From NCBI GenBank assembly GCA_040399625.1, contig JBBARV010000003.1:11907-75906 (forward strand): a stretch of 64,000 nucleotides of DNA, given 5' to 3'. The notes below the pieces were generated by a model. The model saw only the letters and a list, made by a program, of their open reading frames with translations, was not told the origin of the DNA and did not search any database. Source of the stretch: Candidatus Nanopelagicales bacterium (GTDB lineage Bacteria > Actinomycetota > Actinomycetes > S36-B12). The position numbers and the translations under genes were made by a program. Of this stretch, positions 53,359 through 64,000 are shown piece after piece (the stretch's first letter is position 1; each line of letters begins with the position of its first letter).

Positions 53359-55428
53359 ATGAATTTGGTGCCCACCCACCCAACAACCCTCGACCCTTAT
53401 CTTGATTGGACTGCTGACGATCAAAAAACTGTTGATTATTTGAGAGCATTGGCTGCTGACGCAGTACAAAAAGTTGGAAATGGTCACCCGGGAACAGCAA
53501 TGAGCCTTGCTCCCGCCGCCTATCTCTTATTTAACAAAATCATGACCCACGACCCCAAGGACCCTTCATGGCTGGGCCGTGATCGTTTCGTCCTCTCCGC
53601 CGGCCACTCGAGTTTGACGTTGTACTCACAGCTATTTCTCTGCGGTTACGGGTTAACCATGGAAGACCTGAAATCCTTCCGAACTAAAGGGAGTCTGACT
53701 CCGGGACATCCGGAATTTGGCCATACTGTCGGGGTCGAAACCACAACCGGTCCATTAGGTCAGGGTGTTGCCACTGCGGTTGGGATGGCGATGTCTGAGC
53801 GATTCGAAGCCGGTCTGTTCCCCGGAGCACCATTCGCTCATCGGGTCTGGGTTATCGCATCCGATGGTGACTTGCAAGAAGGCGTCTCAGGGGAAGCCTG
53901 CTCCCTTGCCGGAACCCAAAAATTGGGTCATCTGAATGTAATCTGGGATGACAATCGTATTTCAATAGAAGGAAATACGGAGGTCGCATTTACTGAAGAT
54001 GTTTCTGCGCGATACCGAGCTTATGGCTGGGATGTACACGAAGTTGACATGCTCGAAAACGGTGACGTTGATATTCAAGGGCTGCACACCGCGATGGTTG
54101 CGGCTGCAAATAACACAGAAGCACCCAGCTTCATCAGGATGCGCACCACAATTGCTTGGCCAGCGCCGCACGCCCGCGGAACCGCCAAAGCGCATGGGTC
54201 CGCATTGGGCGCTGACGAAGTAGCGGGGATCAAAATCGAGCTTGGTCTAGACCCCGCAGATAATTTTGCATTCGATTCAGATCTTCTGGCACGAGTTAGA
54301 AATTCCCTCAATCACCGAGTATCAGAGACACGAAAAGTATGGGATTCACACTTTTTGAATTGGCGTGCCGATCAACATGACGCGGCCGTACTCCTGGACC
54401 GGCTCCTTGCCAAGAAATTGCCAGCGAACTTTGACTCAGATCTCCCCACCTATGAAGCCGGCAAGACAACCTCTACCCGAAAAGCTTCAGGTCAGGTGCT
54501 TAACGCACTCGCCGCCAAGTTACCTGAACTCTGGGGTGGTTCGGCGGACCTTGCCGAATCAAATAACACGTGGATCGACGGCTCATCGAGTTTCCTCCCC
54601 TACTTCAGTGACACAACGTCGCCCTTTGGGCGCAATATTCATTTCGGAATTCGTGAGCACGCTATGGGGGCCGCCCTCAACGGAATCGCCCTAGACGGAT
54701 TAACCCGCCCATTTGGTGGAACTTTTCTCGTGTTCAGTGATTACATGCGTGGTTCAGTACGACTAGCAGCTCTCATGCAAACCGATGTCACCTTTATCTG
54801 GACCCATGACTCAATAGGACTTGGTGAGGACGGTCCAACGCATCAGCCTGTTGAACACCTGTGGTCACTGCGCGGGATCCCTGGGCTCAGTGTTGTACGG
54901 CCAGCCGATGCCAATGAAACGGCAGGTGCCTGGATTGAAAAAATGAAACACCGCGCCCCGGTTGGTTTGATTCTCTCGCGGCAGGACCTTCCCCATTTGA
55001 GCAATGACTTCACCCAGATTGCCTCGGGCGTGGCCAAGGGCGGATACATCCTTGACAGTGATCCCGAACCATCGGTCATCATTATTGCCACCGGATCTGA
55101 GGTCAGCGTTGCACTCACGGCAAAGAATCTCCTCAATGCGGAGGGGGTTGGCGTTCACCTAGTCTCGATGCCCTGCGTTGAATGGTTTGATCAACAAACG
55201 CAGGCCTATCGCGATGAAGTCTTGCCACCGTGCATTACGGCTAGAGTCGCGGTGGAAGCAGGAGCTACTTTTGGTTGGTATCGGTTCGTGGGAACTCACG
55301 GTCAAGTTATCGGACTGGATCACTTTGGTGCCAGTGCGAGTGCCCCTGTTCTCTTTGAAGAATTTGGCATCACACCCGCAGCCGTTGTAACGGCTGCAAT
55401 AAAGTCCCTGCAGGATTCACAAATATGA
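53359..55428 (+). CDS. tkt: transketolase
   Basis: 689 aa with GNGHPGTAMSLAP and GDLQEG... (the ThDP-binding region). Confidence 0.95.
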   Translation: MNLVPTHPTTLDPYLDWTADDQKTVDYLRALAADAVQKVGNGHPGTAMSLAPAAYLLFNKIMTHDPKDPSWLGRDRFVLSAGHSSLTLYSQLFLCGYGLTMEDLKSFRTKGSLTPGHPEFGHTVGVETTTGPLGQGVATAVGMAMSERFEAGLFPGAPFAHRVWVIASDGDLQEGVSGEACSLAGTQKLGHLNVIWDDNRISIEGNTEVAFTEDVSARYRAYGWDVHEVDMLENGDVDIQGLHTAMVAAANNTEAPSFIRMRTTIAWPAPHARGTAKAHGSALGADEVAGIKIELGLDPADNFAFDSDLLARVRNSLNHRVSETRKVWDSHFLNWRADQHDAAVLLDRLLAKKLPANFDSDLPTYEAGKTTSTRKASGQVLNALAAKLPELWGGSADLAESNNTWIDGSSSFLPYFSDTTSPFGRNIHFGIREHAMGAALNGIALDGLTRPFGGTFLVFSDYMRGSVRLAALMQTDVTFIWTHDSIGLGEDGPTHQPVEHLWSLRGIPGLSVVRPADANETAGAWIEKMKHRAPVGLILSRQDLPHLSNDFTQIASGVAKGGYILDSDPEPSVIIIATGSEVSVALTAKNLLNAEGVGVHLVSMPCVEWFDQQTQAYRDEVLPPCITARVAVEAGATFGWYRFVGTHGQVIGLDHFGASASAPVLFEEFGITPAAVVTAAIKSLQDSQI

Positions 55429-55444
55429 CAAATCGGGAGAGATA

Positions 55445-56545
55445 ATGACCGCAGTTCTTGAAAGCCTGACTCACGCAGGTGTCAGTATCTGGCTCGACGA
55501 TCTCACCCGCACCCGAATTACAAGCGGCAATCTCAAAGAGCTAATCGACACCATGAGTGTTCGTGGTGTGACGACGAATCCATCTATCTTTGAGGGTGCC
55601 ATCGCCGGTAGTGCCGATGCTTATGCCGCCCAAATTGCAACCCTTGCAAGCGACGGATTCAACGCCGAGCAATCCGTGCGTTTAATGACTTCAGACGATG
55701 TAAGAAGCGCATGCGATATTTTTGCAGGAGTTTTCAAGGATTCCGGCGGCACCGACGGCCGTGTTTCGATTGAAGTTGATCCGCGACTAGCACGAGATAC
55801 CCAGGCCACTATCGCGGAAGCCCAAGATCTATGGGACCTTGTCGACCGCGAGAATCTATTGATCAAGATCCCGGCCACGATTGAGGGTTTGCCTGCAATC
55901 ACCGAGGTCATCGGTCGTGGGATCAGCGTCAATGTCACCCTCATATTTTCGGTTGAACGCTATATCCAGGTCATGAATGCGTACATTTCTGGGCTGGAAT
56001 TGGCCTTCGAACGCGGTTACAAGATTTCAAATATCGAGTCAGTCGCGTCTTTTTTTGTGAGTCGGGTGGATTCTGTTGTTGATTCAATGCTCAAGGCCAA
56101 CGGCAGTGATGCGGCACTTGCCTTACTTGGCCAAGCCGCGATAACGAATGCTCGTCTCGCTTGGCAGTCATACACTGAAGTGCTCGCCAGCGACCGATGG
56201 AAGTCCTTGCAGGGGGCAAATCCTCAGCGACCGCTGTGGGCGTCAACGGGTGTCAAAGATCCCGCGTACGCGGATACCCGCTACGTGATCGATTTGGTTG
56301 CTCCGGGTTGTGTAAATACGATGCCAGAGAAAACACTGTTTGCCGTAGCTGATCACGGTCACTTCGTTGGAGACACTGTCTCAGGAACAGCAGATGCTTC
56401 GGCCTCAATTTGGCGTGAACTCGACAAACTTGGTATCGATGCAACTACCGTGTGCGATCAACTTGAAGCCGATGGTGTCGCCAAATTTGAACAAGCCTGG
56501 ATTGAACTTCTCGACACTGTGGCAAAGGCACTTGAACGTGCATAA
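55445..56545 (+). CDS. tal: transaldolase (long actinobacterial type)
   Basis: 366 aa with [20 protein letters not shown] and IKIPAT. GGGAGAG SD upstream. Confidence 0.93.
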   Translation: MTAVLESLTHAGVSIWLDDLTRTRITSGNLKELIDTMSVRGVTTNPSIFEGAIAGSADAYAAQIATLASDGFNAEQSVRLMTSDDVRSACDIFAGVFKDSGGTDGRVSIEVDPRLARDTQATIAEAQDLWDLVDRENLLIKIPATIEGLPAITEVIGRGISVNVTLIFSVERYIQVMNAYISGLELAFERGYKISNIESVASFFVSRVDSVVDSMLKANGSDAALALLGQAAITNARLAWQSYTEVLASDRWKSLQGANPQRPLWASTGVKDPAYADTRYVIDLVAPGCVNTMPEKTLFAVADHGHFVGDTVSGTADASASIWRELDKLGIDATTVCDQLEADGVAKFEQAWIELLDTVAKALERA

Positions 56546-58076
56546 AACCGAGTACATCAATCCGCTGAGAGACCCAGAGGATCAGCGACTCCCCCGGATA
56601 GCCGGGCCATGTTCGGTAATTCTTTTCGGGGTAACCGGCGATCTGAGTTGCAAAAAGGTCATGCCAGCAATTTATGATCTCGCCAATCGTGGCCTACTTC
56701 CACCAGGTTTCGCCCTCGTGGGTTTTGCTCGAAGGGACTGGGACCATCAGGACTTCGCCCAAGTTGTCCATGACGCGGTCAAAATGCACGCTCGTACCCC
56801 ATTTCGAGAAGAAACATGGCAACAGTTGGCTGCGGGTATCCGATTTATAGACGGAGACTTAACAGATCCCGCTGCCTATGAACGTATTGCCGAAGTCCTC
56901 CTTGATTTAGATGCACAGATGGGCACGCGCGGAAATCACGCGTTCTATCTTTCAATCCCACCGGGACTTTTTCCCGCTGTCCTGTGGAATTTGGAAAGTA
57001 GCGGACTCGCAAAAAACCCAACTCCAGCTTCATGGCGCCGTGTTGTCATTGAAAAACCATTCGGCCACGATCTTGCGAGCGCTCAGGCGCTCAATAAGTT
57101 GGTTGACACGGTCTTCCCCCCAGGAAGTGTGTTTCGCATTGATCACTATCTCGGTAAAGAGACCGTTCAAAATATTCTGGCTGTGCGGTTTGCCAATGCA
57201 ATGTTTGAACCCCTATGGAATTGCAACTACGTGGACAATGTGCAGATCACCATGGCAGAAGACATTGGTATTGGTGGACGTGCCGGCTACTACGACGGCA
57301 TTGGGGCAGCCCGGGACGTTATTCAAAACCATCTTCTTCAATTATTGGCGCTAACTGCGATGGAAGAACCGCTTTCGTTTAATGCAGATGACGTACGTGC
57401 CGAGAAGGAAAAAGTACTACGGGCTGTCACTGTTCCACAAAACATCGGGGCACACACCTCCCGTGGTCAATACCAGGCCGGGTGGCAAGGAGGGATACCT
57501 GTTATTGGATTCTTACAGGAATCTGGAATTCCAGTGGATTCGACAACAGATACTTTTGCCGCGATGCGACTCAATGTCGAAAACCGACGCTGGGCAGGTG
57601 TGCCGTTTTATTTGCGTACTGGAAAACGTCTTGGCAGAAGGGTGACCGAAGTTGCCATTGTGTTCAAACGAGCTCCACATTTACCTTTTAGTTCCGCTTC
57701 GGTCGAGGAACTAAGTAACAATGCGTTAGTTTTTCGAATCCAACCTGATGAAGGTGTCACTGTTCGGTTTGGTTCGAAAGTTCCCGACACAAATTCAATC
57801 CAAGTACGCGATGTCACAATGGATTTCCAATACGGTGATTCATTCGTCGATACGAGCCCAGAAGCCTATGAACGACTCATCCTTGATGTACTCCTGGGTG
57901 ATCCACCACTATTCCCTCGCCATGAAGAAGTTGAACTCAGTTGGAAGATTCTTGACCCAATATTGGATTACTGGGCGACCGAGGGTGCCCCCGAACAGTA
58001 CGCCTCCGGTGGCTGGGGGCCGGCTTCTTCACATGAAATGATTGCACGTGATGGACGGACGTGGAGGCGACCATGA
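56538..58076 (+). CDS. zwf: glucose-6-phosphate 1-dehydrogenase
   Basis: The ORF opens at 56367 inside tal. The homology-consistent N-terminus ([30 protein letters not shown]) argues for GTG 56538 (or TTG 56532), overlapping the tal stop. Active-site motif RIDHYLGKE. Confidence 0.92.
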   Translation: MHKTEYINPLRDPEDQRLPRIAGPCSVILFGVTGDLSCKKVMPAIYDLANRGLLPPGFALVGFARRDWDHQDFAQVVHDAVKMHARTPFREETWQQLAAGIRFIDGDLTDPAAYERIAEVLLDLDAQMGTRGNHAFYLSIPPGLFPAVLWNLESSGLAKNPTPASWRRVVIEKPFGHDLASAQALNKLVDTVFPPGSVFRIDHYLGKETVQNILAVRFANAMFEPLWNCNYVDNVQITMAEDIGIGGRAGYYDGIGAARDVIQNHLLQLLALTAMEEPLSFNADDVRAEKEKVLRAVTVPQNIGAHTSRGQYQAGWQGGIPVIGFLQESGIPVDSTTDTFAAMRLNVENRRWAGVPFYLRTGKRLGRRVTEVAIVFKRAPHLPFSSASVEELSNNALVFRIQPDEGVTVRFGSKVPDTNSIQVRDVTMDFQYGDSFVDTSPEAYERLILDVLLGDPPLFPRHEEVELSWKILDPILDYWATEGAPEQYASGGWGPASSHEMIARDGRTWRRP

Positions 58077-58978
58077 TTCGGCTCGAAAAAACGAGTGGTG
58101 GTGCCATCGCGGCGGCAATCTCCGCTGAACGTCACCGACAAGGCTCCCCGACAACAGGGATGGTCCTCACGATGTTGATTCTCACCGATGAAGAATTCCA
58201 ATCAGATGCAACGTCGGGTGCGGTTTTCGCGGCTCGTCAACACCCCATGCGGATTGTCACCGTAATCCCACGACCAGGCCGGGGTTCCCATTCCCTCGAT
58301 GCTGAGATCGCGGTTGGCGGGGACGATGGTCCCGGCGAAGTAGCCGTGTTGCGACTGCGTGGGGAACTCGCCGAGCACGCCGACTCGGTCGTTATTCCAC
58401 TTTTACTCTCTGATACGCCGGTCGTTGCTTTTTGGCCCTCACACGCTCCCGCAATCCCCGCGGAGGACACAATCGGACGACACGCCCAGCGCCGGATCAC
58501 CGATTCTGCGACCAGCGAGGACCCCCTCGAGGAGCTGCGTCAACGTGGCCGTGGCTACCGGCCAGGCGACACTGATCTCGCTTGGTCACGCCTGACACCT
58601 TGGCGATCGATCTTGGCTACCGTCTTTGACCAACCCACGGCTGCGGTGATTGGTGGTTCAATAACCGCGGAAACCAATAATCCCAGCGCATATCTACTCG
58701 CAACTTGGCTGGAGAAAACCCTAGAAACCACCGTCACAATTACATCAACCGATGAGCCCGGCATTCAGTCGGTGGTGATCACAACCGATGCTGGCGAAAT
58801 CGCAATCAGCCGCGGGGACGGTCAGTCTGCAACCCTGTCTCAAACCGATAGACCCGACGCCCTCATTTCACTCCCCCGGCGCGATTTGACCACACTTCTC
58901 AATGAAGACCTGCGTCGACTTGACCCTGATGAGGTTTATGGCTGGGTAATTAGTGCCTATGCCGGAGATAGCAATTGA
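58073..58978 (+). CDS. opcA: glucose-6-phosphate dehydrogenase assembly protein OpcA
   Basis: ATG 58073 forms an ATGA overlap with the zwf stop. About 300 aa, OpcA-like ([29 protein letters not shown]). Confidence 0.88.
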   Translation: MIRLEKTSGGAIAAAISAERHRQGSPTTGMVLTMLILTDEEFQSDATSGAVFAARQHPMRIVTVIPRPGRGSHSLDAEIAVGGDDGPGEVAVLRLRGELAEHADSVVIPLLLSDTPVVAFWPSHAPAIPAEDTIGRHAQRRITDSATSEDPLEELRQRGRGYRPGDTDLAWSRLTPWRSILATVFDQPTAAVIGGSITAETNNPSAYLLATWLEKTLETTVTITSTDEPGIQSVVITTDAGEIAISRGDGQSATLSQTDRPDALISLPRRDLTTLLNEDLRRLDPDEVYGWVISAYAGDSN

Positions 58979-59685
58979 TACCTCAAGTGCATCTGTCCGA
59001 AAACGTAGTCTCGGCTACCCTTGAGATAATCACCACGCACCTTCGGAGTGCTGATTCAAAGAAGCTGCAACATGTGGTGCTCACTGGCGGTGGTATAGGG
59101 AGCTCAATTACCAACCAACTGGTCCAGGTGGCAAAGAAGGTTCCACAACAGACGTGGGCCAACACGCACTTCTGGTGGGGCGATGAAAGATTCGTTGATT
59201 TAGATTCAATTGATCGAAATGACTTCGGAATTCAATCGGATCTTGCTGAATTTTATATCGGGACCAATGTCCATCGAATACCTGCCGCCAACCAAGTTCA
59301 GAGCGCAGCAGAATCCGCCGCTAACTACACAAGTGCACTGGTTGATTGGGGAACTGATGGTTTGCCGCCACGATTTTCACTTGTTCTGCTCGGTGTTGGA
59401 CCGGACGGTCACGTTGCATCGTTGTTTCCCGGTGAACCTGAACTGGATTCACCATTGATTGCGCTGCCCGTAACCGACTCCCCCAAGCCGCCACTCAAAC
59501 GAGTGACAATGGGTTTACGAACCCTGAACAACTCAGAATTGACGCTGCTTCTACTCGCGGGCGAATCAAAACGAAAGGCACTGACTGCAATTCTGGACCC
59601 AGTAGGAAGCGTTGATGTAACTCCCGCCCGTGGGATAAAAGCCGCCAAACTCTATGCGATTACCGACCTATTAGTTTCCGTGTAA
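58975..59685 (+). CDS. pgl: 6-phosphogluconolactonase
   Basis: 236 aa with LTGGGIGS, WWGDERFV and LLGVGPDGHVASLFP. TTG start overlapping the opcA stop (start uncertain). Confidence 0.9.
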   Translation: MIPQVHLSENVVSATLEIITTHLRSADSKKLQHVVLTGGGIGSSITNQLVQVAKKVPQQTWANTHFWWGDERFVDLDSIDRNDFGIQSDLAEFYIGTNVHRIPAANQVQSAAESAANYTSALVDWGTDGLPPRFSLVLLGVGPDGHVASLFPGEPELDSPLIALPVTDSPKPPLKRVTMGLRTLNNSELTLLLLAGESKRKALTAILDPVGSVDVTPARGIKAAKLYAITDLLVSV

Positions 59686-60003
59686 CTTATCGATCGCTTC
59701 TTGCAAAATGGCCGCACCATCTTTATCGGATCGACGCTCCTTAACGTAGGCAAGGTGGGTTTTATAAGGCTCAATCTTGGGTGGCATTGGCGGATTTTCT
59801 TTATCCGTTCCTGCAGGGAGCCCACAACGTGGGCAGTCCCACTCTTCGGGTATTTCTGCTTCAATTGCGAAACTGGGCTTAGATTCATGGCCTCTACTAC
59901 ACCAGAATGAGACAAAATAGCGTGGTGCCGCTTCGCCCCGCTCGGCTTCACCCATGGGTCCCGCGCCAACACGACTACCGCGAATTGCACTTCCACCAGC
60001 CAT
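59671..60003 (-). CDS. RbpA-family RNA polymerase-binding protein, second paralogue
   Basis: 110 aa with SAIRGSRVGA..., WCSRGH...EIPEEWDCPRCG (C-x3-H ... C-x2-C) and KTHLAYVKERRS. AAGGAG SD upstream. Its 3' end overlaps pgl by 15 nt (convergent). Confidence 0.8.
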   Translation of the reverse strand: MAGGSAIRGSRVGAGPMGEAERGEAAPRYFVSFWCSRGHESKPSFAIEAEIPEEWDCPRCGLPAGTDKENPPMPPKIEPYKTHLAYVKERRSDKDGAAILQEAIDKLHGN

Positions 60004-60065
60004 TAACTACTCCTTAGAGACATCGTAAATTTGTGAAAAAATGCAAAAGTGCCGAACATGATTTG

Positions 60066-60314
60066 CTACGAGCCAGTTCGAACGAGCAAACCAACAGCCA
60101 CGATAGAGGCGGCCCAAATCAGGCCAAGCCCGACTGTCAACCGGTCAAGGTTTTTTTCCGCGACGGATGATCCACCAACCGACGAACTCACCCCACCACC
60201 GAACAGGTCTGACAGACCGCCACCCTTGCCGCGGTGCAACAGGATCAAAACAATAAGCAGAACGCTCGTAATGATGAGGATCACCGCAAGGGCGATGGTC
60301 AGGGCAGTAAGCAT
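60066..60314 (-). CDS. secG: preprotein translocase subunit SecG
   Basis: 82 aa with two TM helices flanking LHRGKGGGLSDLFGGG. It lies downstream of tpiA. Confidence 0.9.
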   Translation of the reverse strand: MLTALTIALAVILIITSVLLIVLILLHRGKGGGLSDLFGGGVSSSVGGSSVAEKNLDRLTVGLGLIWAASIVAVGLLVRTGS

Positions 60315-60377
60315 TACCGGATTCGAACCTTTCGATTATGAAGCAAAGCCACAGTTTAGGATATGCCCAAGCGAGAC

Positions 60378-61172
60378 TTAATGGTCGGCCGGGTGCATCC
60401 GATATCGAATGATTCCGACAAATTCGTCGGAGTCCATGCTGGCCCCACCCACAAGGGCCCCATCCACGTCGGGTTGCGCCATGATCGCCGCAACATTGTC
60501 CGCTTTAACGGAGCCGCCGTAGAGAATACGCAGGCCTTTAGCCGCTTCTGGGCTCCACTCCTGGCGCACATGCCCGCGAATAGCCGCGCATGCCTCTTGA
60601 GCATCGGCCGGTGTGGCCACCGAGCCCGTACCGATAGCCCAAACTGGTTCATAAGCAATGACTAAGCCAGCAATTGCTTCAGCGCTGATTCCCTGCAGGG
60701 AATCACTTACCTGCCCGAGGACGAACGGAATAGCGTTACCCGTCTCACGAATCTCCAAGGACTCACCCACACACACGATTGGCACTATTTCGCTACCCAG
60801 GGCCGCTTTGGTCTTGGCGTTTACGATTTCATTGTCTTCCCCGTGATTAGCCCGTCGCTCACTGTGACCGGTGAGGACAAAAGTGCAGCCCAGCTTCGCC
60901 AACATTGCACCCGAAATATCTCCGGTGTGGGCACCCTTCGCGTGGGGCGAAAGGTCTTGGGCGCCATATTTAATGTCGTATTTGTCCCCCAAGATCAAGG
61001 TTTGCACTGATCGCAGGTCAGTAAAGGGCGGAATTACCGCAACTTCAACGGCGGCGAAGTCCGCATCATTGAGGGCAAATGCCAATTTCTGGACTAAGGC
61101 AATAGCCTCAAAGTGATTTATGTTCATCTTCCAGTTGCCCGCCATTAGCGGCATCCGATCACTTTTTGCCAT
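60378..61172 (-). CDS. tpiA: triose-phosphate isomerase
   Basis: 264 aa with AGNWKMN, GHSERR and [11 protein letters not shown]. Confidence 0.95.
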   Translation of the reverse strand: MAKSDRMPLMAGNWKMNINHFEAIALVQKLAFALNDADFAAVEVAVIPPFTDLRSVQTLILGDKYDIKYGAQDLSPHAKGAHTGDISGAMLAKLGCTFVLTGHSERRANHGEDNEIVNAKTKAALGSEIVPIVCVGESLEIRETGNAIPFVLGQVSDSLQGISAEAIAGLVIAYEPVWAIGTGSVATPADAQEACAAIRGHVRQEWSPEAAKGLRILYGGSVKADNVAAIMAQPDVDGALVGGASMDSDEFVGIIRYRMHPADH

Positions 61173-61175
61173 TTT

Positions 61176-62362
61176 CTATTTACCTTCCAGTACTGTCAAA
61201 CCCGGCAGTTTTTTGCCCTCAAGGAATTCTAGACTTGCGCCACCACCGGTACTTATGTGGTCAAACTTCTGCTGATCAACATCGAGTACGCGAACGGCTG
61301 CAGCGGAGTCTCCCCCACCAATCACTGTAAAGCCATCAGACGCGGCCATTGCCTGTGCGATTTCCAATGTTCCACCCGCGAAAGGTTCTAGCTCGAATAC
61401 CCCCATCGGCCCGTTCCACACGACCGTGGCTGATTCAGCAATGACTCTGGAGTACAGCCCGCGCGTTTTGGGTCCAATATCAAGACCCATCTGGTCTACC
61501 GGAATTGCATCACGATCCACAATCTGTGTCAGTGCATCCGCCGCAAAACGATCAGCGACCACAAAGTCAACCGGCAGCATCAAATTTACGTTGCGCTCCC
61601 GGGCGTGCTTGATAAAACCCCTCACGTCTTCAACAAAATCAGGTTGTGAGATCGAATTACCGATCTCGAATCCCATTGCCAAAAGAAACGTGTAGGCCAT
61701 ACCTCCACCAATAAGCAAATTGTCCACCCTGGGAAGCAAGGACTCAATTACGCCGAGCTTGTCGCCAACTTTGCTACCGCCAAGTATGACCGTGTAGGGC
61801 CGCTCGGCTCCTTCAAGTAGCCGCCTAAAAACTTCACACTCGCGGGTAACGAGGAGTCCTGCTGCATTCGGCACAAGCTGAGCGAGGTTGGTCACCGAAG
61901 CTTGCTCTCGATGCACGACCCCAAAACCATCACTGACAAAGCCATCGGCCCACATTGCCCAAGTCCTGGCTAACTCATCACGTTGGCCGGGATCCTTACT
62001 CGTTTCCCTCCCGTCAAATCTGACATTTTCAAGCAGGGCTACTCCCCCAGCTTTCAAACTTTCAATCACTTCGAGATCCCGAGCAGCATCTGGTGAGAAG
62101 AGAACGGGAATTCCAAGTAACTGCGATAGTCGAATCGCAACCGGTTCTAGTGAAAATTCAGTAACGGGAACGCCTTTAGGTCGCCCGAGATGAGCCAAAA
62201 TCACTACACGTGCGCCACCTTCCCGCAACGCATTTATCGTTGGGATGGTCGCCGCGATACGAAGATCATCGGTGATCTCACCCTCGGCATTTAGGGGAAC
62301 ATTGAAATCGCATCGCAAGGCGATAGTTGCGTCTCTTAGTACCAGATCACGCAATGATCGCA

Positions 62363-62363
<1 letters not shown>
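61176..62363 (-). CDS. pgk: phosphoglycerate kinase
   Basis: 395 aa with RCDFNVPL and WNGPMGVFE....GGGDS. Confidence 0.95.
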
Positions 62364-63379
<1,016 letters not shown>

Positions 63380-63469
63380 CTATTTGACAGTAAGGGGATC
63401 ACCCTGACCAGTCTGCTCGTGGGCGTTATGCACCGTCTTAATGCTAGTCAATACCTTGTTACCGAAAAG

Positions 63470-64000
63470 TTACGGATGACCCTCGAGGGCTGCCACGGCC
63501 GCCTCCGTGTCCGGGATGCCCAATTCCTGGGCTTTTTTATCGGCCAAAGCCAATAAACGCCTAATTCGACCGGCAATGGCGTCCTTTGTCATCGGCGGAT
63601 CGCTGAGAGCACCTAATTCCTCAAGGCTTGCCTGTTGATGTTCCATGCGAAGGCGACCGGCTACCACGAGGTGATCGGGTATTTCATCACCTAAGATCTC
63701 CAAAGCCCGCTGGACCCGAGCCCCTGCAGCAACCGCTGCTCGAGCTGAACGGCGCAAGTTTGCATCATCAAAATTGGCGAGTCGGTTCGCCGTCGCACGG
63801 ACCTCCCGGCGCATGCGCCGCTCTTCCCACGCCATCATGGCGTCGTGTGCACCGAGTTTGGTCAACATGGCCCCAATTGCGTCACCGTCGCGGATGACAA
63901 CTCGGTCAACTCCCCTGACCTCACGCGATTTTGCCCCGATCCCGAGTCTGCGGGCCGCACCCACTAGGGCGAGTGCTGATTCTGGTCCCGGACAGGTAAT
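63470..64000 (-). CDS. whiA: DNA-binding protein WhiA, C-terminal part; the gene continues beyond the right edge
   Basis: The reading frame is open to the window edge. The C-terminal HTH region ([20 protein letters not shown]...[25 protein letters not shown]) and the position upstream of gap-pgk-tpiA are both typical of WhiA. Confidence 0.85.
   Translation of the reverse strand: MTCPGPESALALVGAARRLGIGAKSREVRGVDRVVIRDGDAIGAMLTKLGAHDAMMAWEERRMRREVRATANRLANFDDANLRRSARAAVAAGARVQRALEILGDEIPDHLVVAGRLRMEHQQASLEELGALSDPPMTKDAIAGRIRRLLALADKKAQELGIPDTEAAVAALEGHP

Noticed and set aside
56367-56537. 57-codon N-terminal extension of Zwf overlapping tal
   Set aside because: The conserved G6PD N-terminus begins at ...INPLRDP. 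The upstream part is an out-of-frame reading of tal. GTG 56538 or TTG 56532 at the tal stop is the plausible start.
60319-60329. GGATTCGAACC / GGTTCGAATCC, identical to a classic tRNA T-arm/T-loop sequence, in the tpiA-secG spacer
   Set aside because: The flanks do not form a T-stem, acceptor stem or anticodon arm, and the spacer is only 63 bp. This is a chance match (or at most a decayed fragment), not a tRNA gene. It also contains a TCGAAC half-site, but no GTTCGA partner is present to make a LexA box.

Overview
This is a densely packed, almost entirely coding 64-kb stretch of an actinobacterial chromosome. Gene content and order match the conserved core neighbourhoods known from Mycobacterium, Streptomyces and Micrococcales. 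GC looks moderate by eye (not computed), and the very short or overlapping spacers suggest a streamlined genome. The organism cannot be named from sequence alone.

Gene order, left to right:
- An edge-truncated PAC2 gene, two hydrolases, a RecB-like nuclease and trmI.
- The complete Pup-proteasome locus: arc-dop-pup-prcB-prcA-pafA, two FKBP isomerases, then pafB-pafC.
- tatA-tatC, helY, a 5'-3' exonuclease, an M24 peptidase, an amidohydrolase, lnt-ppm1-fxsA and rbpA.
- A small non-syntenic insert: a tail-anchored small protein, a TMEM175-type channel, a Met/His-rich DUF305 lipoprotein, an Asp-box propeller lipoprotein and UPF0303.
- gcvP behind a tandem glycine riboswitch.
- The cluster MerR / DUF151 nuclease / FtsR-like MerR / GarA-like FHA / gcvH / pgsA.
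- serB, dodecin-fabG-fabI, DUF3099, SURF1, an ABC exporter, an enoyl-CoA hydratase and an ABC-F protein.
- The suf operon (sufR-B-D-Rieske-C-S-U-T), an ABC-2 transporter and ctaA/ctaB.
- tkt-tal-zwf-opcA-pgl, a second RbpA paralogue, secG-tpiA-pgk-gap, and the 3' part of whiA.

I saw no rRNA or tRNA genes, CRISPR arrays, transposases, integrases, prophage genes or recognisable defence or toxin genes.

I did not find a convincing previously undescribed multi-gene system; this is essentially a housekeeping region. The leads worth a second look are modest:
- The inserted metal-looking envelope module (24.4-27.6 kb) and a perfect 14-bp palindrome beside it.
- A GarA/OdhI-type FHA protein carrying an extra N-terminal zinc ribbon.
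- Two RbpA paralogues that each keep a different canonical feature.
- In-frame microsatellite-like repeats inside two genes.
- A SufR-box-like dyad at sufR.
- A very regular TANNNT-N5-7-start-codon (leaderless) architecture at about 17 genes.
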